From: Schizochytrium sp. TIO01
Lineage: Eukaryota > Protista > Bigyra: Labyrinthulomycetes
Length of the DNA stretch: 64,000 nucleotides
Direction: 5' to 3'
NCBI GenBank assembly: GCA_004764695.1
Contig: SMSO01000031.1
Span: forward strand, 8,910,761 to 8,974,760
Shown: positions 58,851 to 64,000 of the stretch, piece by piece
Position numbering within the stretch: position 1 is the first letter of the stretch
Layout: each line of letters begins with the position of its first letter
Notes under the pieces: model-generated
The model's database searches: none
Told to the model about the DNA's origin: nothing
What the model saw: the letters and a program-made list of their open reading frames with translations, nothing else
Program-made: the position numbers and the translations under genes

Positions 58851-60635
58851 ATTTTTATACTCCACTCCTCTCTTCTTCAAGTTATTTGATTTAAATTTAA
58901 ATAAAAATGATTTTGAAAATATTAAGGAATAACTAGCTCTTCAGGCAAGAATTCAAACCCTCACTCATTTTGATTTCAAATTCTTCGAAGCTCGTCTCTC
59001 ATATGGACGCACAGAAACCCAAACCCGAAGGCAGACGGCGGCAGCGTCGCCGTGCGCGGCTGCACCACTCGCCACACGTCCGTCGCAATCACTGCGAGTG
59101 CGAGTGCTAGTGCTCTCTTCGTCTCTCTCCGTCTGCAAGCGAGCAAGGGCTCCAAAGATCCTGTCTGCTGCTCTTCTTCTTCTTCTTCTTCTTCTTCTTC
59201 GTCTCTAGAACCTCACTCGGGTCGAGTTCGGGCAAGCGGACTTCTTCACGATGGCGATGGATTTCCGCCCTCTCTCGCCTGCTTCCACGTAAGCAAGCAG
59301 GCCCGCGAGCAGGCCTGCGTCGAGCCGAGTCGCGAGCCGAGCGCCGTTGATTCTCTGTCGTTTCGTCGCGATGCGCTAATCTCGCGAAGGACCTCCCGCC
59401 GTATGTATGCACCACGGTTTCAAGCCAAGCTTTCGAATTGCGCCCCTGGGACAGCTCGCTTTGGGTTCGCTGCAGCCCTGCCAGCCTGGGCCAGCTGCTT
59501 GGTCGGTTGACAGCCGCAAGACCACCATCGGCAATCGGCCAACGCGTTTGCGGGCGGCTCCGAGCGCTCTCACAATCATCAGAGGCGCGAATCTCACTTG
59601 GTTAGTTAGTTTTGGAAACACTCCTCCAACTAGTAAGTAAAGAAATCCATAAACTCAATTTCTCGAGATTAGAAAATATCTTTCTTCAGAGAACTTCAAA
59701 AAACAACCAACGATCAGCTTATTAGCCTTAAATGCTGAAAGTTACTCACTCCTATCAACCCAAAACAACAGCAAATGAAAAACACACGCCTACGAGTGGC
59801 TACTTGTACAGGGTAGCAAGAACTCAGCCAGGATATCCATCCCGCATCCCTAACCTAAGGTGGGTGGGTACAGTTACCTACCTCCGTCTACTGGACTGCT
59901 TTCGCACCGTACAGCGAGTCTGAAAGTTTTACATTTTACGCCACTTTCTATCCACCAATACCCCCTCCATCCTCCTTAGGCCTCTTCACTGGTTCTGTTT
60001 GATATAGGAATGCCTGAAATAAAGGGGGGCTTACGGGGACTGTGTGGGCGGCGCCGTTCATCTCTCACAAAAGATCAAGTCCGGGGCCTGCGCCCCTTTA
60101 TCTTGTGAGAGAACTGGAAGGAACGCGCCCAAGCCTGTCCAAATTTCGGATTCGCGTTCGCAGCAGCGTTCCCCTGAGGCACTCTGGGGATTGTCTGAGA
60201 GGCGAGACTGGGCGGCTGGGAGGAGGAAAGATCAGCGGAACGCGAAAGCTCGCCCCTCTGGAGGCGGCATCCGGCCAGTGGCCCTCTGGGTCGCCCACTC
60301 ATTCGCGAGAGGCGGTTAGGCGAAGACTGCGCGAGGAAATGTCTTGCGAATGCGGCGCCCTCCCAAACGGCCCCGCAGCTCGCCGAGGTTCCTGGAGGAG
60401 GAGCCCCGCAGCGGCCCCTGGAGGGGACAGGGGAAGGGAGGCCTCCTCAAGTTGGCTCCTGGAGAAGTTGTAGTTGAAATGGGTTTCACGCATCATTCGC
60501 CGATTCTTCGTTATTCGCTCGCGACGGCTGTGAAGAACAGCACTTCTGAACGGCAGTGGCGAACGATATCGCTTTCGGCTGTCGAACTCAAAGATCAGAA
60601 TGCCTTTTCATGACTGTTCGCTTCAAGAAGGTGCA

Positions 60636-60792
60636 TTGATTGATTAATTGAGTGAGAGATTGAGTGAGTGAGCGAGTAATTGATTGATTCATTGAGTGGG
60701 TGAGTGAGTGGGTGAGTGAGTAATTGAGTGATTGATTGATTGATTGATTGACGGTCGGCACCTTTGTAAATGATGGATCGATCCGTCGATCG
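60636..60792. repeat. (TGAT/TGAG/TGGG)n array followed by GATCG motifs
   Basis: ttgattgattaattgagtgagagattgagtgagtgag...gattgattgattg, then ggatcgatccgtcgatcg. Confidence 0.85.
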
Positions 60793-61060
60793 CATTTTTT
60801 CATTTTTTCATTTATTTTTTTTGAGTGAAATATGATATATGTAAAATTATGAACAGAGGTTCGTCGCTGACTGTGGGAGACGAGGAGATGCCCCAGTGCC
60901 TTGAAGAGCCGTCTGCGGGAATCTTCGTGAGAGGAGACCAAGTTACTTGGCTCTGCAGAGGGAGTGGGCCGCGATGGGTTTTGGACCGAAGCAGGTCGCG
61001 CGTCCTTCTCAAAGAAATAAATAAGCATAGAGATTATTGCTTGTGAGACTGACTGAGTCT

Positions 61061-61133
61061 TCTTTTCTTTTCTTTTCTTTTCTTTTCTTTTCTTTTCTTT
61101 TCTTTTCTTTTCTTTCTTTTCTTTCTTTTCTTT
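61061..61133. repeat. (CTTTT)n pentanucleotide microsatellite
   Basis: Read directly. It produces the spurious EKKRK ORFs in the track. Confidence 0.92.
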
Positions 61134-61364
61134 TAATAGATAGGCGCTGCGGGAATTGGGAGACAGAGAGCTGCGGGAATATTTTGTCTTTAAGGAGAGG
61201 CACACGCCCTCTTGTAGTGTGCAGATTCGCTCATCCCTCTCAATAATGAGCGACTGCTGGCCTTTGGCAGCTTCGAAGATCCAAAGGTCAGCGAAATGTG
61301 GCCCCGCAGCGGCACCTCTTTCGACTTTTCGACATCATGATCTTAGTGGGTTTTCAAACGATTA

Positions 61365-61446
61365 ACTGATTGAGTGATTGATTGATTGATTCATTCATTC
61401 ATTCACTTGGTTTGAAATTGATTGAGTGACTGATTGACTGACTGAC
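61365..61446. repeat. (TGAT/TCAT/TGAC)n tetranucleotide array
   Basis: ctgattgagtgattgattgattgattcattcattcattcac...gactgattgactgactgac. Confidence 0.8.
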
Positions 61447-63637
61447 TTTAGACAAACACGATTCTCTTTAAACAAACACGTCTCAAGCTATATAGGGTAC
61501 ACACCACGGGCGTTCAAGGCGGAGCTTAGGGCGTTGATTGTCTGTGATTGATTACCTACCGCCACTTTTACAGGCACTTCATCGCAGTTGAACAACATAC
61601 ATGATTTCTTTTAGCGAGGAGCGTTCCGTGTAATATTGGGAAGGCAAGCTCAAGAGAGCGCATTATTTTGCTTTCCTTCATCATTGGCGATGTGCTCAGC
61701 TATTGCGACGATCGTGGCTACGTGAAACCTTGGTCTCGTGCACGAGGAGATACGGCACGACGAGCAGCTAAGAAAGGACTGCAGCGGAATGCTGGTGGTG
61801 AAGCGCACGCGCATACACTAAATTTCGAGTTGAACTTCACGAGTCGTACTGCACTTATTCAATGACTGAAAGCAGATGAACATGGAGTGAGTGCGATGGT
61901 GCTGTGTCGAAAGCGCGCGTCTCAACGGCTCCTTTCTTTCCCTGCTGTTAAAAACTACTAGAGCAGGCAATTACTGCTGAGAGAAAGAACCCCCAAACGT
62001 CGAAGTCGCGTCACTACTGCAAAAGGCGAAGTACTGCGAGAATGGCTGACGCACAGGCTGCGGCAAGGACAACAGAGTAGGAGGGTCGAACTTAGCCACC
62101 ACCAGATGAAAATATATCACGAGGAGATTGGGCCATTGTAGAATCGAGCGTGACGAGCAACTGGAATGGGGGACCGGTGAAAGATTGTGGTGCCATCGTA
62201 AGCTCTATATTCATGTACCTTTGGTTTCCAGACACATGGCGAAGTCGTCGTCTGTCTGCTAAGCTAAATTTCAATAATTGGTCGCCTTTTTATTCGAACT
62301 ATTGTATTTGCACTGTTGTAAAACCCTGGATAAAACCTTGAGAAGTAGCCATACATACGCAGCCAATCTGGAAATGTAACAGTATTTTTGCGCACTGTAT
62401 TTGGAGGTTCTGTCTCTCAAATCGGAGTATCTAAAGTCGTATAAGAGACATCTTTGCTGCTGCATATTGTTATACCAAAATTTATACTTGCCAAAAAAAT
62501 CAGAGGTTGTACCGCTCAATGTATTTCAATACGTTCGTTCATGTTCCCAGCTCGCGGAAGGATACCCTTTTAGACGGCACACAATGACTGCTCGAGTCTG
62601 CCTACGTCTACAATCAGGCGGTGCAGATGTGGCGAACGAAAGGCCCGCGCACGGATTTTAACTTGCCCCGCTTGAAAGCCAAGAGATCATGCTTCGTATT
62701 GAAAAGGGATGAAGCTGGACTACCCTCTAGAATACTGGTTCAGAAAATACCCTATTTACAAAACGTGTAGAATATTTATATTTTAATTTTTAATTTTTTT
62801 TTAATTCAAAATAAGTAAGCATTGAGTGTAACAAATGAAACGGAATTTTCCTGGGTAGTGGACGTAGCGTAGCATTCATTCTGTTGCAAATACTTGCATT
62901 ATACAAGAGACCTTGCGTAAGGTGATACTAATCTAGGAGATTTGCAGGGATTCTATCTTGAGTTATGCAAGTATTGGACGAAAGTTCTCATCTAATCTGT
63001 TAAAAACATATGATTGGAAAACTAAATGAACAAGAGCTAAAACGAACCATGTCATGAGCTTTGATATGATACTCGCATGACAATGTTTATTCTGATGTGA
63101 GCTTGCACTTTTAAATATCTTATGTTTAAGACAGTCAACCATAAACCCTCTCTGCTCATTCCCGAAGGACACACTTCCAACCTACCTACATATAAGAAAG
63201 ATACAATATCACCCCCCTCTCATCTTGTCAGTCATGAGAGACTGAGGTTTCCTCGGGCACCTCAAGTTCCAATTGTGATAAAATCGATTAGAAATGACAC
63301 TCAAGACCGTCGTTGCTAGGTGATATCGTTCGTATTATCGTTACTGGCTTAATGCCTCGAAATGTGAAGTCTAAAGAAACGTTGCCTCTGCCAAAATTCG
63401 AAGTTTCTTTTCCTTTAGTTAGTAGATACTAGTCCCTTAAAAATTTCTCCAGTAACATCTACCTTGGTGCGAAACATCCAAGCAATCGAACAATAATAAC
63501 GTATATGCTCCTTTTATTGTTGAATTTGCTTTACGGCTTGTGAACCAGCACGCGCGAGAATAGTCAGACCTTCTCAAGCAAATTCAAACCCCCTTATCAA
63601 ATCACGTTGAGCTCTTCATATTCATAGGACCAACATC

Positions 63638-64000
63638 ATGTCCTCGAAGACAGATACCCTCAGCCCAGTATGCCTGGTCGATGTTCCGCTCACACCAGCA
63701 GCCCAGGCAATGGATCGCTTTGAGTTATGTCAAACTGGAGCTTTGATGTTGTACCAACATTCAGACTCATTTAAAGCTACAGCTCGTGTTTGCATTTGCC
63801 CATATGCTTCAGAAAGCAAGTTTGATATTTCAAAAATTACTAATAGAGCATTGGATAATGCTAAGAAGACGCAGCCCGGATACTGTTTTCAACCCAGCAA
63901 CCTTCAGTTTAATAATGCTCCAGCCTCAATCTTCACTGAGGAAGAGAGTTCTTTTCTGGTACGATCGTGCTTGGCATGTTTTTCCTGTGCCAATCTTCGT
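63638..64000 (+). CDS. 5' part of a hypothetical protein running off the window end
   Basis: Manual translation from ATG 63638 gives 121 stop-free codons (MSSKTDTLSPVCLVDVPLTP...SCLACFSCANLR). It is missing from the ORF track, presumably because no stop falls inside the window. Confidence 0.55.
   Translation, partial: MSSKTDTLSPVCLVDVPLTPAAQAMDRFELCQTGALMLYQHSDSFKATARVCICPYASESKFDISKITNRALDNAKKTQPGYCFQPSNLQFNNAPASIFTEEESSFLVRSCLACFSCANLR

Noticed and set aside
60020-60470. Possible RNase P/MRP RNA (GGGGCTTAC at about 60026; GAGGAAAG at about 60223)
   Set aside because: The motifs are in the wrong order and I found no matching P4 partner. An Infernal scan would be needed.
60588-61246. ORFs with EKKRK and NQS/THS repeats
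   Set aside because: They are translations of (CTTTT)n and TGAN microsatellites.
1-64000. CRISPR arrays, tRNA/rRNA genes, transposases or viral genes
   Set aside because: I saw no repeat-spacer array, cloverleaf, rRNA signature or RT/integrase/transposase motif by eye. Degenerate copies could have been missed.

Overview
This is eukaryotic nuclear DNA with intron-poor genes, AT-rich spacers and many microsatellites. The style suggests a stramenopile, possibly a thraustochytrid, but that is inference. I found no rRNA, tRNA, CRISPR array or transposase. Recognisable genes, left to right: a bacterial-type two-cysteine amino-acid racemase with an N-terminal hydrophobic segment, a BART-domain protein, RAD23, a UBR1-type N-degron E3 ligase, a polyQ protein, an MCTP (three C2 domains plus membrane region, split by an apparent 1-nt frameshift), seipin, ALG1, an MFS transporter, a two-exon Frizzled/Smoothened-like receptor, a large class-C-GPCR-like receptor with SAM and WW domains, and two orphan ORFs. 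The best candidate systems are (1) the head-to-head MCTP-seipin pair, whose families act at ER lipid-droplet formation sites in other eukaryotes, and (2) a tail-to-tail pair of unusual 7TM receptors. All domain calls come from reading motifs by eye; no search was run.
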